Positions 26,110 through 39,172 of a stretch of DNA of 64,000 nt are shown piece after piece (positions within the stretch are counted from its first letter, which is position 1; every line of letters begins with the position of its first letter). The notes under the pieces were generated by a model. The model was not told where the DNA came from. It did not search any database and was given only the letters and a program-made list of their open reading frames with translations. The stretch is from NCBI GenBank assembly GCA_951406725.2, contig OX597817.1:620001-684000 (forward strand), given 5' to 3'. Made by a program: the position numbers and the translations under genes. The stretch comes from Octopus vulgaris (taxonomy: Eukaryota).

Positions 26110-27605
26110 TCATCATCATCATCATCATCATCATCATTTAACGTCCGCTTTCCATGCTAGCATGGGTTGGACGGTTCAACTGGGGTCTGGGGAGCCCGAA
26201 AGCTGCACCAGTCCAGTCAGATCTGGCAGTGTTTCTACAGCTGGATGCCCTTCCTAACGCCAACCACTCCGAGAGTGTAGTGGGTGATTTTATGTGCCAC
26301 CGACACAGGTGCCAGACGAGGCTGGCAAACGGCCACACTCGGATGGTGTTTTTTATGTGCCACCGACACAGGTGCCAGACGAGGCTGGCAGACGGCCACG
26401 CTCGGATGGTGTTTTTATGTGCCACCGACACAGGTGCCAGATGAGGCTGGCAAACGGCCACGATCGGATGGTGTTTGTTACGTGCCCACAGCACGGAGGC
26501 CAGTCGATGCGGTACTGGCTACGGCCACGTTCGGATGGTTTTCTTGTGTGCCACGTGCCACCGGCACTGGTACCACAAAGATACAAACTCCATTGATGTT
26601 CATCTATTTTGATTTGTTTTGATTTTCACTTGCCTCAACAAGTCTTCACAAGTGTCACAAGAAGGAAGGTATGCACAGGTGGACTGACTACGTCCCAGGT
26701 AGGGGCCACAGGTTATGGCCTGACTAGTCTTGCCGGGTCTTCGGATGGTGTTTTTATGTGCCACCGACACAGGTGCCAGATGAGGCTGGCGAACGGCCAC
26801 GATCGGATGGTGTTTGTTACGTGCCCACAGCACGGAGGCCAGTCGGTGCTGTACTGGCTACGGCCACGTTCGGATTGTTTTCTTGTGTGCCACCGGCACT
26901 GGTACCACAAAGATACAATTCCATTAATGTTCATCTATTTTGATTTGTTTTGATTTGATTTGATTTGATTTGTTTTGATTTCGTTTTGATTTTCACTTGC
27001 CTCAACAGGCCTTCACAAGTATCACAAGGAGGAAGGTATGCACAGGTGGACTGACTACGTCCCAGGTAGGGGCCATGGGATATGGCCTGACTAGTCTTGC
27101 CGGGTCTTCGGATGGTGTTTTTATGTGCCATCGACACAGGTGCTAGATGAGGCTGGCGAACGGCCACGATCGGATGGTGTTTGTTATGTGCCCACAGCAC
27201 GATGGCCAGTCGATGCGGTACTGACTACGGCCATGTTCGGATGGATTTCTTGTGTGCCACAGGCACTGGTACCACAAAGATACAAATTCCATTGATGTTT
27301 ATCTATTTTGATTTAATTTGATTTTCACTTGCCTCAACAGGTCTTCACAAGTGTCACAAGAAGGAAGGTATGCACAGGTGGACTGACTAGTCTTGCCGGG
27401 TCTTCGGAAGGTGTTTTTATGTGCCACCGACACAGGTGCCAGATGAGGCTGGCGAACGGCCATGATCGGATGGTGTTTGTTACGTGCCCACAGCACGGAG
27501 GCCGGTCGATGCGGAACTGGCTACGGCCACGTTCGGATGGTTCTCTTGTGTGCCACCGGCACTGGTACCACAAAGATACAGATTCCATTGATGTTCATCT
27601 ATTTT
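26110..27605 (-). mobile_element. RTE-LINE 3' end with a ~300-370-bp segment repeated in tandem about four times
   Basis: (CAT)n tail at 26110-26137; repeated junction gccgggtcttc|gga[t/a]ggtg near 26740, 27110 and 27405. Confidence 0.85.
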
Positions 27606-28087
27606 GTATATATATATATATATATATATATAACATCTGAAGGAATCGTTTTTTTTTTTCTAAATGATATAATGTACTCATTTATCAATTAAAAAATTTA
27701 TTAGAAACAGCTGTAATGATTTGACACTAAAAAATGTACAAGTCTGAATAGCTCAAGAGCAGATTATATACTCAGTTGGGTCAAATTGACTGCATACACC
27801 ACCCGAATATCATTCAGCCAGTACTTCTGTACCAAGGTTGGTATTTATCGAAAAATTGCTGTGAGTATTCAACTGAATCTTGTTTATATTGTAATATATG
27901 TATATATGTCAGGTGAGTAAAAAGTAAGCAATGTTTTGAACCATAGAGAATTTGTACCAGATCTTTGCTGAGTTTATTTTTTTTAAACATTTTTTTGAAA
28001 TTATCTGATAATACAGACATAGACTTGCCCAAATGCATCAATAAATCAACATTGATATTCTTTTCACTGTTGTTACAATCATCTGAA

Positions 28088-28190
28088 ATGGAACTGTCAA
28101 AGCATGATATTCGAGCAATTTTGCTATTCAACTTCAAAAAAGGACGTAAAGCAGCTGAAACTGCTCACGATATCAATGAAACGTTTGGTA
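28088..28190 (+). pseudogene. 5' fragment of a mariner transposase
   Basis: MELSKHDIRAILLFNFKKGRKAAETAHDINETFG, a typical mariner N-terminal HTH region, cut off by a microsatellite. Confidence 0.75.
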
Positions 28191-28212
28191 AATATATTAT
28201 ATATAATGCATG

Positions 28213-28260
<48 letters not shown>

Positions 28261-28334
28261 CATACATACATATATATAATGCATGCATGTGTATATATAT
28301 ATGCATGTGTATATAAATGCATGTGTATATATAT

Positions 28335-28595
28335 GCACCTGTGTCGGTGGCACATAAAAAACACCATCCGAGCGTGGCCGTTTGCCAGCCTCGTCTGGCA
28401 CCTGTGTCGGTGGCACATAAAATCACCCACTACCCTCTCGGAGTGGTTGGCGTTAGGAAGGGCATCCAGCTGTAGAAACACTGCCAGATCTGACTGGACT
28501 GGTGCAGCTTTCGGGCTCCCTAGATCCCAGTTGAACCGTCCAACCCATGCTAGCATGGAAAGCGGACGTTAAATGATGATGATGATGATGATGAT
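28335..28595 (+). mobile_element. RTE-LINE 3' end
   Basis: Near-identical reverse complement of 26110-26370. Confidence 0.85.
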
Positions 28596-28893
28596 ACATA
28601 CATACATATATATAATGCATGCATGTGTATATATATATATGTATATGTATACATATATATATATATATATATATATTTCACCTTTTATATGCCTTTGCAT
28701 TTCTACAAAACTATGCCACTTTCAAACTCCATCATTTACTTCGATTATACACTTATTTCTCTTTTTATGCATTCTCTAGTAAGAATATTGTACTACACTT
28801 ACTAATAACTGCTTCTGTTATAAGTGTGTACATGCATATATGCATGCAGGTTTCTATATATGTATATATATGTGTGTATGTATATAAGTGAGT

Positions 28894-28933
<40 letters not shown>

Positions 28934-29276
28934 ATTTATATATACATAAATTAGCCATCTGAACTCCTTAGACTATCTTCTAAACTCTGACGAAGCCTAG
29001 AGGCACACCCAGGTACACTGATTTTATCTACAGATCACTACAGTACACTGAAAAGATGGAAATACCGTGTGGGGCATTGTGACCTCTTCACAGAAACAGC
29101 TGTAAGACACTGCTCCTCTTTCTCTATTCTAAAAACTACTGCTACTTTACACATGCATTTATATATTATCTGAACTGGTTTAAATAAATAGATAGACATA
29201 ATATAATGTCTAACAGCTGATGAATACTACTTCTGAATTCCATCCATTTTCTTCCTGCTTTATATATATATATATA

Positions 29277-30505
29277 CGAGGGGCGTTCAATAAGTAATGC
29301 CCCTGACCCACTTCCCATAGCAGTAGAGCGACGAAACTTAGCACAGTTATTAGTATTTTTCTACATAGGAACCACCCAGAGTTACGCATTTCTCCCATCG
29401 TTTGATGCAGCTCTGGAGACCGTTTTTGTAGAAGACCCCAGCTTGGTCCTCCAACCACGATGTGACTTCAGAAATCACGGCTGCATCATCTGGGAAACGC
29501 TTTCCTTTCAAAAACAACTTCATGACTGGGAAGAGGTGAAAATCAGAGGGTGCAAGGTCAGGAGAGTAGGGGAATGGGGGAGGAGTTCATAGCTGCATGC
29601 CTGTGCTTCTGATCTGGTGACACGCGAGTTGTGAACCGGAGCATTGTCCTGCAAGAGGAGGATGCCTTTGCTGATCTTGCCCCGCCTCTTGATTTTGATA
29701 GCTTCTCTTAATTTCCTCAAAAGTGAAGCATAATAGGCTCCTGTAATTGTGGCACCCTTTGCTAGGAAATCTGTCATCACTACTCCATCCTGGTCCCAGA
29801 AGACTGTGAGCATGACCTTGCCAGCAGCGAGCTGCACCCTTGCCTTCTTTGGAGGAGGTGAGTCAAGGTGTGTCCACTGCATTGACTGGGCTTTGGTCTC
29901 TGGATCATAGTGATGGACCCAGGTTTCAACCTGTGCAATCGACACGTTCTTGCTTCTGGAAAGATGTGAGCAGCTTGGGAATTCATCTGGCAGACACCTT
30001 TTGCATATGCAAATGGTCATGAATGATAGTTTCCACAGACCCAGTAGTAATCTTGACCTCATGGGCTATTTGGCGAATAGTTATGCGTCGATCTTCCGAA
30101 ATGGCAGCCTCAACTTGACGGACAGATGCCTCATCAATGGCAGAAGGGGGCGACCAGATCTGGGAGCTGTTTCCACAGAGTTCCGACCATGTTTGAATTC
30201 ACGATGCCAGCGTTTTACAAGGTCATATGATGGGGCATCATCACCATAAGTTACTTTCATTTCATCAAAAGTCTCCCATGGTGTGCGTCCTTTCAAATAC
30301 AAAAACCGGATCACTGCTCGACACTCAACAGGCTCCATTTCACACTTGACTCAGTTCAAACACCTGTAAATCAGAAACCACAATTAGTTCAGAGCTGTAA
30401 TTTGCCACTTAATCTATAGAGATATAAATAATTGTACATGCAAAATTTCAGCTAGATCAAATAACTGCAAGTGGGTCAGGGGCATTACTTATTGAACGCC
30501 CCTCG
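29277..30505 (-). mobile_element. Mariner transposon (irritans-like), frameshifted transposase ~30338-29350
   Basis: TIRs cgaggggcgttcaataagtaatgcccctgacccactt at both ends; peptides MEPVECRAVIRFL..RSGRP, ETWVHHYDPETK, KVMLTVFWD, QDNAPVH, RWEKCVTLGGSYVEKY*. Confidence 0.92.
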
Positions 30506-30509
30506 TGTA

Positions 30510-31330
30510 TCATCATCATCATCATCATCATCATTTAACGTCCGCTTTCCATGCTAGCATGGGTTGGACGGTTCAACTGGGGTCTGGGGAGCCCGAAAGC
30601 TGCACCAGTCCAGTCAGATCTGGCAGTGTTTCTACAGCTGGATGCCCTTCCTAACGCCAACCACTCCGAGAGTGTAGTGGGTGATTTTATGTGCCACCGA
30701 CACAGGTGCCAGACGAGGCTGGCAAACGGCCACGCTCGGATGGTGTTTTTTATGTGCCACCGACACAGGTGCCAGACGAGGCTGGCAGACGGCCACGCTC
30801 GGAGGGTGTTTTTATGTGCCACCGACACAGGTGCCAGATGAGGCTGGCAAACGGCCACGATCGGATGGTGCTTGTTACGTGCCCACAGCACGGAGGCCAG
30901 TCGATGCGGTACTGGCTACGGCCACGTTCGGATGGTTTTCTTGTGTGCCACGTGCCACCGGCACTGGTACCACAAAGATACAAATTCCATTGATGTTCAT
31001 CTATTTTGATTTGTTTTGATTTTCACTTGCCTCAACAGGTCTTCACAAGTGTCACAAGAAGGAAGGTATGCACAGGTGGACTGACTACGTCCCAGGTAGG
31101 GGCCATGGGTTATGGCCTGACTAGTCTTGCCGGGTCTTCGGATGGTGTTTTTATGTGCCACCGACACAGGTGCTAGATGAGCCTGGCGAACGGCCACGAT
31201 CGGATGGTGTTTGTCATGTGCCCACCGCACTGACTACAGCACTGATGGATTTCTTGTGTGCCACAGGCACTGGTACCACAAGATACAAATTCCATTGATG
31301 TTCATCTATTTTGTCTATTTTGATTTGATT
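30510..31330 (-). mobile_element. RTE-LINE 3' end, near-copy of 26110-27300
   Basis: Same (CAT)n tail, 61-bp repeats and concatemer junction. Confidence 0.85.
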
Positions 31331-31415
31331 TGATTATATATATATATATATATATATACACATACATATATAATATATATACACATACATATATATATAA
31401 TATATATACACATAC

Positions 31416-31467
<52 letters not shown>

Positions 31468-31501
31468 ATATACATATACATATACATATATATATATATA
31501 C

Positions 31502-31540
<39 letters not shown>

Positions 31541-31584
31541 CATACATATATATATATACATACATATATATACATATATATGTG

Positions 31585-32780
31585 TACGTACAGCCATGCT
31601 ACATGGTAGTGAAACATGGGCCGTGACTGCTGAGGATATGCGTAAGCTCGCAAGAAATGAAGCCAGTATGCTCCGATGGATGTGTAATGTCAGTGTTCAT
31701 AATCGTCAGAGTGTAAGTACCTTGAGAGAAAAGTTGAACCTAAGAAGCGTCAGTTGTGGTGTGCAAGAGAGACGGCTGCGCTGGTTTGGTCATATGACGA
31801 GAATGGTTGAAGATAGTTGTGTGCAAAAGTGCTACACCCTAGCAGTTGAGGGAACCTGTGGAAGAGGTAGACCCAGGAAAACCTGGGACGAAGTGGTGAA
31901 GCACGACCTACAAACTTTAGGTCTCACCAAGGAAATGACTAGAGACCGAGACCTATGGAAGTATGCTGTGCGTGAGAAGACCCGGCAAGACTAGTCAGGC
32001 CATAACCCGTGGCCCCTACCTGGGACGTAGTCAGTTCACCTGTACATACCTTCCTTCTTGTGACACTTGTGAAGACCTGTTTGAGGCAAGTGAAAATCAA
32101 ATAAAATCTAAACAGATGAACATCAATGGAATTTGTATCTTTGTGGTACCAGTGCCGGTGGCACACAAGAAAACCATCCGAACGTGGCCGTAGCCAGTAC
32201 CGCACCGACTGGCCTCCATGCTGTGGGCACGTAACAATCACCATCCAATCGTGGCCGATCGCCAGCCTAATCTGGCTCCTGTGTCGGTGGCACATAAAAA
32301 ACACCATCCGAGCGTGGTCGTCTGCTAGCCTTGTCTGGCACCTGTGTCGGTGGCACGTAACAAGCACCATCCGATCGTGGCCGTTTGCCAGCCTCGTCTG
32401 GCACCTGTGTCGGTGGCACATAAAAACACCATCCGAGCGTGGCCGTCTGCCAGCCTCGTCTGGCACCTGTGTCGGTGGCACATAAAAACACCATCCGAGC
32501 GTGGCCGTCTGCCAGCCTCGTCTGGCACCTGTGTCAGTGGCACATAAAAACACCATCCGAGCGTGGCCGTTCGCCAGCCTTGTCTGGCACCTGTGTCGGT
32601 GGCACATAAAATCACCCACTACACTCTCGGAGTGGTTGGCGTTAGGAAGGGCATCCAGCTGTAGAAACACTGCCAGATCTGACTGGCCTGGTGCAGCCTT
32701 CGGGCTCCCCAGACCCCAGTTGAACCGTCCAACCCACGCTAGCATGGAAAGCGGACGTTAAATGATGATGATGATGATGA
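31585..32780 (+). mobile_element. RTE-LINE 3' portion (ORF C-terminus plus 3' UTR with an expanded 61-bp repeat array)
   Basis: ORF 31596-31994: [36 protein letters not shown]; UTR ends in (GAT)n. Confidence 0.9.
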
Positions 32781-32946
32781 TATATATATATATATATATA
32801 TACATACATATAAATACATTCATACATATATATATATAAATACATATATATATACATACATATATATATATATACATACATACATATATATACACATACA
32901 TATAAATACATTCATACATATATATATATATACATATAAATACATT

Positions 32947-32992
<46 letters not shown>

Positions 32993-33079
32993 ACAGCAAA
33001 AATTTAGGAACGGCCATAATAGGCCGTTCAACCCAATATGTATATATATATATATACATATATAAGCATATACATATAT

Positions 33080-33279
33080 TCTTTTATTTGTTTCAGTAAT
33101 TTGACTGCAGCCATGCTGGAGCACCGCCTTTAGTCAAGCAAATCAACCCCGGGACGTGTTCTTTGTAAGCCTAGCACTTATTCTGTCGGTCTCTCTTGTC
33201 GAACTGCTAAGTGACGGAGACATAAACACACCAACATCGGTTGTCAAGTGATGTTGGGGGGGACAAAGACAGACACACA

Positions 33280-33321
<42 letters not shown>

Positions 33322-33478
33322 CGACGGGCGTCTTTTGGTTTCCATCTACCAAATCCACCCACAAGGCTTTGGTCAGCCGAGGCTATAGTAGAGGACACCT
33401 GCCCAAGGTGCCACGCAGTGGGATTGAACCCAGGACCATGTGGTTGGTAAGCAAGCTACTTACCACACAGCCACTCCT
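33080..33478 (-). mobile_element. SINE family B
   Basis: Reverse complement of 24221-24628. Confidence 0.85.
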
Positions 33479-33979
33479 CTGGTAATTGAGTCGAGGCACC
33501 AGAATTTAGTACAGTATTGTCGATACAATTTCAAAATAAGGTGATTAGAATCAAAATAACGGTGGAAACCGAATGAAAATAAACATGGAGGGTCATTAGA
33601 TTAGAACAAGAGGAAAATAGTGAATGCTGTGAGGAAAATTTCTTAGAAAAGATGAAAGAAGAAGAAAAAAAAATGTCCGCTCTTTTGAACATCTGTGCAG
33701 GAAAAGAAAGATGGATGATGGTCACGTGTGAGCAACGAGAGAAAATGAGAGAGATATATTCTTTTACCTGTTTCAGTAATTTGACTGCAGCCATGTTGGA
33801 GCACTGCCTTAAAGGGTGTTAGTCGAAGAAATCACCCCCAGGACTTATTTTTTGTAAGTCTAATACTTATTCTATCAGGTTCTATTGCTGAACTGCTAAG
33901 TTACCGGAACATAAACGCACCAGCATCGGTTGTCAAGCGATGGCAAGAGGACTAACACAGACACACACACGAAAATATA

Positions 33980-35240
33980 TTGGGTCATCCCGTAACTAAT
34001 GCAGCTTTTCTTATACTTCTTTTATTTTTCAAAATTAAGATAAATTTCTTTTTTAATCTAAAATATACTCTCCTTCATTTTCTACAATACTCTTTCATCT
34101 TTCTTGCAAGGCTCCTCTTCCAAAATTCACTTGTCCATGACGAAAAATACTTTTCCAGTACCGTTCTGACCATGTCTACAGAATTCAAATTTTTTTCCAT
34201 TCAAGAGATTTTGAAGACTGGAAGAAATGATAACCAGATGGGGCAATATCCAATGAATATGGTGGGTGGGGCAGCGTTTCCCATTCAAACTACTCCAGCC
34301 TTTGGAATGTCATCCTCACTGTATGTAGCCGAGCATTATCCTGATAGAAGAACACCTTTCATCTTGAAACCAAAGATGGTCATCTTTCTTCTAGAACTGA
34401 CTTCAGCCATTCAAAGCTGCTCACAGTAGATCGCCTTTGGTATCGTTTGGCTTGGGTTTAAAAGTTCAAAGAAGACTAAACTTTTCATATCTCACCAAAC
34501 AGATAACAACACCCTACGTGGGTGAAGAGTTTCTTTAGCCTGGGGGTGCTGGTGTTTCTCCTTACCCTACCCACTGTCTTTGGCACTTGACATTTTTACA
34601 GAGAACTCATTTCTCGTCACCAATCACTATTCGGTCCAAGAAAGGTTCATTCGCAAGACATGACAGCAAAGAAGATCACATATTCACTCTCTACATGCAA
34701 TTAGAATCTGAAAGTTTGTGAGGAACACGTTGACCCAATTTGCTGACTTTTCCGATGTTACGCAGGTGTTGATGAATGGCTGAATAACCAAATCCAAGCT
34801 TCTCTGTTAGTTCCTCAACAGTTACAATGGGATTTTGTTCTACCAGAGTTTGCAGGATGTCCTCATCAAGCTCCTACAGATCTTCCAGGATGAAACTCAT
34901 CTTCTATGCTGTAGTCTCAGGCTCAGAATTTCTGGAACCACCGTTGACACTGGCTTACGCTTATTGTCTGATCCCCATAGACTGCATTAATATTCCTCAC
35001 ACTTTCCGTTGCATTGTTGCCTTTATTGAACTTCATAAATGAGACATGCTCCTTTGTCACTTCCATTGTAGCTTTGATAAAATAACTGTTTAAATCAAAC
35101 TGCACTCTTCAAAACTTGCACTAAATTACTACCTACTTTTACAGCAAGTTGATGCAAGTGGTTTATTCTGCCCCCCTCCCACCTTTTGATTTTTAGTTCA
35201 TGCAATTCAAAAAAACCGCATTATTTATGGGATGACCCAA
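33980..35240 (-). mobile_element. Degenerate mariner transposon nested inside a family-B SINE
   Basis: TIRs ttgggtcatccc[g/a]taa.taatgc, TA on both sides; MEVTKEHV..FNKGNNATESVRNINAVYGDQTISVSQCQRWFQKF; SINE halves at ~33760-33975 and ~35245-35415. Confidence 0.88.
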
Positions 35241-36212
35241 TACATATACATACACAACGGGCTTCTTTCAGTTTCCGTCTACCAAATCCACTGACAAGAC
35301 TTTGGTCAGACTGAGGGTATAGCAGAAGACACTTGCCCAACATGCCACACAGTGGGACTGAACTCAAAACCATGTGGTTGGGAAGCAAGCTTCTTACCAC
35401 ACAGCCACACTTGCACCTGTATATGAATATAAAAATAAATAAAATTATTGTTGCAATGCCCACTTTTCTATGCTTGCACAGTTCAGATGTAATTCATTGA
35501 GGCAGATGTTTTAAACGACTGGATGCTTTTCCTGCTGCCAACCATCACCTCTTACCAAGCAAGGTAATATTTTCCCTATGGTGAGATATGTTTTCATGAA
35601 GTCTGGAAACAAATAGTACTGCTTGCATGGTGGTGTAGCTTCATCACATCACCTGACATCAAGGCAAGAAGACTCGCAAACACACACATTCACCCAAGCA
35701 AGTAGACATATGTATATGAGACGGGCATCTTTCAGTTTCTATCAACCAAATCCACTAACAAAGCTTTAGTAGAAGATACTTGCCCATGGTGCCATGGGCA
35801 CCAATATCATGTGGTTGAGAAGCAAACTTCTTAACCACATAACCATTCCTATATATATGTTCTTTTACTCTTTTACTTGTTTCAGTCATTGGACTGCAGC
35901 CATACTGGAGCACAACCTTGAAGGGTTTTAGCTGAACAAATCAACCCCGGGACTTATTTTTGAAGCCTAGTACTTATTATATTGGTCACGTTTGCCAAAC
36001 AGCTAAGTTACAGGGACATAAACACACCAAAACCAGTTGTCAAGAAGTGATAGGACACACAGACACACACACACGACAGGCTTTTTTCAGCTTCTATTAA
36101 ATTCACTCACAAGCAGAAGACACTAGCCCAAGGTGCCACATAGTGGGACTGAACTTGGAACAATGTAGTTGAGAAGCAAGCGTCTTACCACACAGTCATA
36201 CCCATATATATA

Positions 36213-37210
36213 ATCATCATCATCATCGTTTAACGTCTGCTTTCCATGCTAGCATGGGTTGGATGATGTGACTGAGGCCTGGTGAACCAGGCTTCAATCT
36301 TGATTTGGCAGAGTTTCTACGGCTGGATGCCCTTCCTAACGCTAACCACTCCGAGAGTGTAGTGGGTGCTTTTATGTGCCACCAGCACGGGGGCCAGTCA
36401 GGCGATGCTGGTAACGATCACACTCGAATGGTACCTTTTATGTGCCACCAGCACAGAGGCCAGATAGCTGCTCTGGCAACAATCACACTCAGATGGTGCA
36501 CTTAGCACCCTACTAGTACAGGGCTCAAGTGCCAGTAAGGTGACACTGGTAACAATCACACTTGAATGGTGCCTTTTATGTGCCACTGGCATGGAAGCTG
36601 GTTAGCCACTCTGTCAACAATCACGCTCGTATGGTGCTCTTTGCACCCCACTAGCACGGATGCCAGTCATCGAATTTGATTTTGATTTCACTTGCCTCAA
36701 CAGGTCTTTGCAAGCAGAGTTTTAGTGTCCAAAGAAGGAAAAGGTATGCATAAGTGGGCTGGTTATGCCCCTGGCATAGGTCACGAGGTTATGGTCCCAC
36801 TTGTCCTGCCGGGTCTTCTCAAGCACAGCCTATTTCCAAAAGTCTCAGTCACTAGTCATTTCCTTGGTGAAGCCTAAAGTTCGAAGGTCGTGCTTCACCA
36901 CTTCATCCCAGGTCTTCCTGAGTCTACCTCTTCCACAGGTTCCCTCAAGCGCTAGGGTGTGGCACTTTTTCACAAAGTTATCCTCATCCATTCTCGCCAC
37001 ATGACCATACCAGCACAGTCATCTCTCTTGCACATCACATCTGATGCTTCTTAGGTCCAACTTTTCTCTCAAGGTACTTGCACTCTGTTGAGTATGCACA
37101 CTGACATTACACATCCATCGGATCTTACTGGCTTAATTCCTTGTGAGCTTACGCATGTCCTCAGCAGCCCATGCTTCACTGCCATGTAGCATGGCTGTTT
37201 GTACACGTGT
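36213..37210 (-). mobile_element. RTE-LINE 3' portion, different subfamily
   Basis: Minus-strand LHGSEAWA.., [22 protein letters not shown]; (CAT)n tail; differently diverged internal repeats. Confidence 0.85.
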
Positions 37211-37221
37211 CATACATATGT

Positions 37222-37269
<48 letters not shown>

Positions 37270-38011
37270 ATGAATTATCACAGGTTCTGCTTACCAATTT
37301 CACTTAAAGGTCTCAGTAGTCAACTTGAAGCTGTTATGGCAGATAACTTGCTCAAAGTGCAGTGTGAAACCTGTAGTCCTATTGCTGTGAAGCAAGCTTT
37401 TTTAACTAGACAGTAATGCTTGCGCTCAGGGTGTGACTAATTGGTGAGTTCTTGTCTGTTGTGACAAAGATTTAAGAAAACTTTGTTTGTCCCTTCTGCA
37501 CAGATAAAAGTATTTGTCCTTTTAACAAAGGAGAGATGATGATATAAAGAAAACCATTGCAGGCATAAAGAGTGGAGGGAAATGAGAAAGAAGATATACT
37601 AAAGAAGATTACCAACTTTATCTTAGAGGTGTTCTTTTATTCCTTCTCTGGTGTGAGTCATTAGTGATGGCCTGAGTTAGCAAATACTATTCAAAAAGAG
37701 ATTTGAACGAATAAGTTCAACTGCTGTGAGGAGTAACATTCCACTTGTGCGGCCTTTCTCTTTGTTTGTTGCTGTTAAAGCTCAGGTTAGCAATAATAAA
37801 GTAGATTTGAGGTCAAAGGTGTTCCAACCACATAGACACTGTAAAGGAGGACCTTTGAACTTTGAACATGACTTTTTGTTTTTCATGTTTATTCTTGCTT
37901 TCTGTATTCAGTTTCCTAATAAGGGTGTTGTGGAATTAGTGGGAAGCAATTATTGGGTCAGTGTGGTTGGAGTTGGAATCAGTAGAAATAATACAGACTG
38001 ACCAAATGTAA

Positions 38012-38210
38012 ACTGCTGAAAAGTTCCTGGTTTTGGGTCAAAGAAAATAGAGGAGGATCAGTTAATTAGGATTTTATTCAACATATTCCCCTCTCAGGTT
38101 CACACACTTGTTGCAAAAGTCTTTCTAAACCCTGTAAAAGAACTTGGAAGGTTGAGCCATCAACCAGGCCTTTTGGGATGCTCTTAATGCCAGGAACTTT
38201 TCAGCAACTT
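38012..38210. mobile_element. Short mariner-derived MITE
   Basis: Inverted ends tgctgaaaagttcctgg / ccaggaacttttcagca; minus-strand transposase tail KCVNLRGEYVE*. Confidence 0.6.
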
Positions 38211-38899
38211 CCGCCCCCCCCCCCCCCACCATATGTATTAAAATTTGAAATTTCATATGTAACTAATTCAGTTATTGAATATTAATACTATGGAACAACA
38301 TACATGGGCAAAATGGAATATTTAAACGTAAAGAGATGCTGTTTAAACAGAAAACAAACATTAGGTGTTCAAATAAAGAAAATTATGACCACTAGCTAAA
38401 ACTAACCATAGAATAAGTCATTCTTGCTTATCCAGAGATTAATCCAGTGATGTAGCTAGAATTGTTACAGCAATACCACCACCACCAACCTAAGTCAAAT
38501 ATTGAAAAGCTTTTCTGTACTGAAAATAGTCAAATTAGACTCAAGGGCTTCGAGGGAAGAGGATTTCACAACAGCATTTCTGTTTCTAAGAACAAAATGT
38601 TTGAAATCTTTGGATTTGAATTTTTGCTGTAAATAATTTTTCAAAGATAAACTTTAGCATCTTTTACAATATGCAAGGCAGTCAATTTGTTACAGACAAA
38701 GAAGTGTAGAAAGTAGTGAATAAATAACCACCTAGAAACCTTCTTTGATGGCATAAGCAAGCTTGTGGACAACTAGGAATGCATCAGAAAACAAGGAACT
38801 ACATCAAAAGAATAAAAGAAATGATGTAATTGTTCAATCTCTGCTTTTGTTTTAAAGCTTATAATTTTTGACTTATTCTCACAATTTATATTTCTTTTG

Positions 38900-38902
<3 letters not shown>

Positions 38903-38930
<28 letters not shown>

Positions 38931-39172
38931 TGTGTACAGTGCTCAGGTGCACTACAACTCATCTAAAGTGTATATATAATCAGGTGTAGTTTCGGCGGAT
39001 TTCGGAAAGCATGAGGGCCTTAAAGGATGCAGTGTCATGGCAGTCAACAACTGACGCAGGCAGTTTATTCCATGCTTCAGCAACTCTGAGCGTGAAAAAA
39101 TGTTTCCGAAAGTCATGGGAGCTGTGTTGTTTTCTGACTTTGTAGGCATGTCCACGTGTGTTAGACACATGG
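38903..39172 (-). mobile_element. CR1/L2-type LINE 3' fragment
   Basis: TRGHAYKVRKQHSSHDFRKHFFTLRVAEAWNKLP; (ATT)n tail; copies at 54560-54975 (+) and 56948-57215 (-). Confidence 0.8.

Noticed and set aside
32230-32610. CRISPR-like array of palindromic repeats
   Set aside because: Units are contiguous with no unique spacers, sit in a LINE 3' UTR, and no cas genes are present in this eukaryotic sequence.
31939-32745. 268-aa ORF and similar MCHRHRCQTRL ORFs
   Set aside because: Stop-free frames produced by the GC-rich tandem repeat in the LINE UTR; they recur in every copy and on both strands.
37430-38005. Possible Penelope/GIY-YIG remnant or exon
   Set aside because: Stops interrupt the minus-strand frames and the resemblance is too weak to call without a search.
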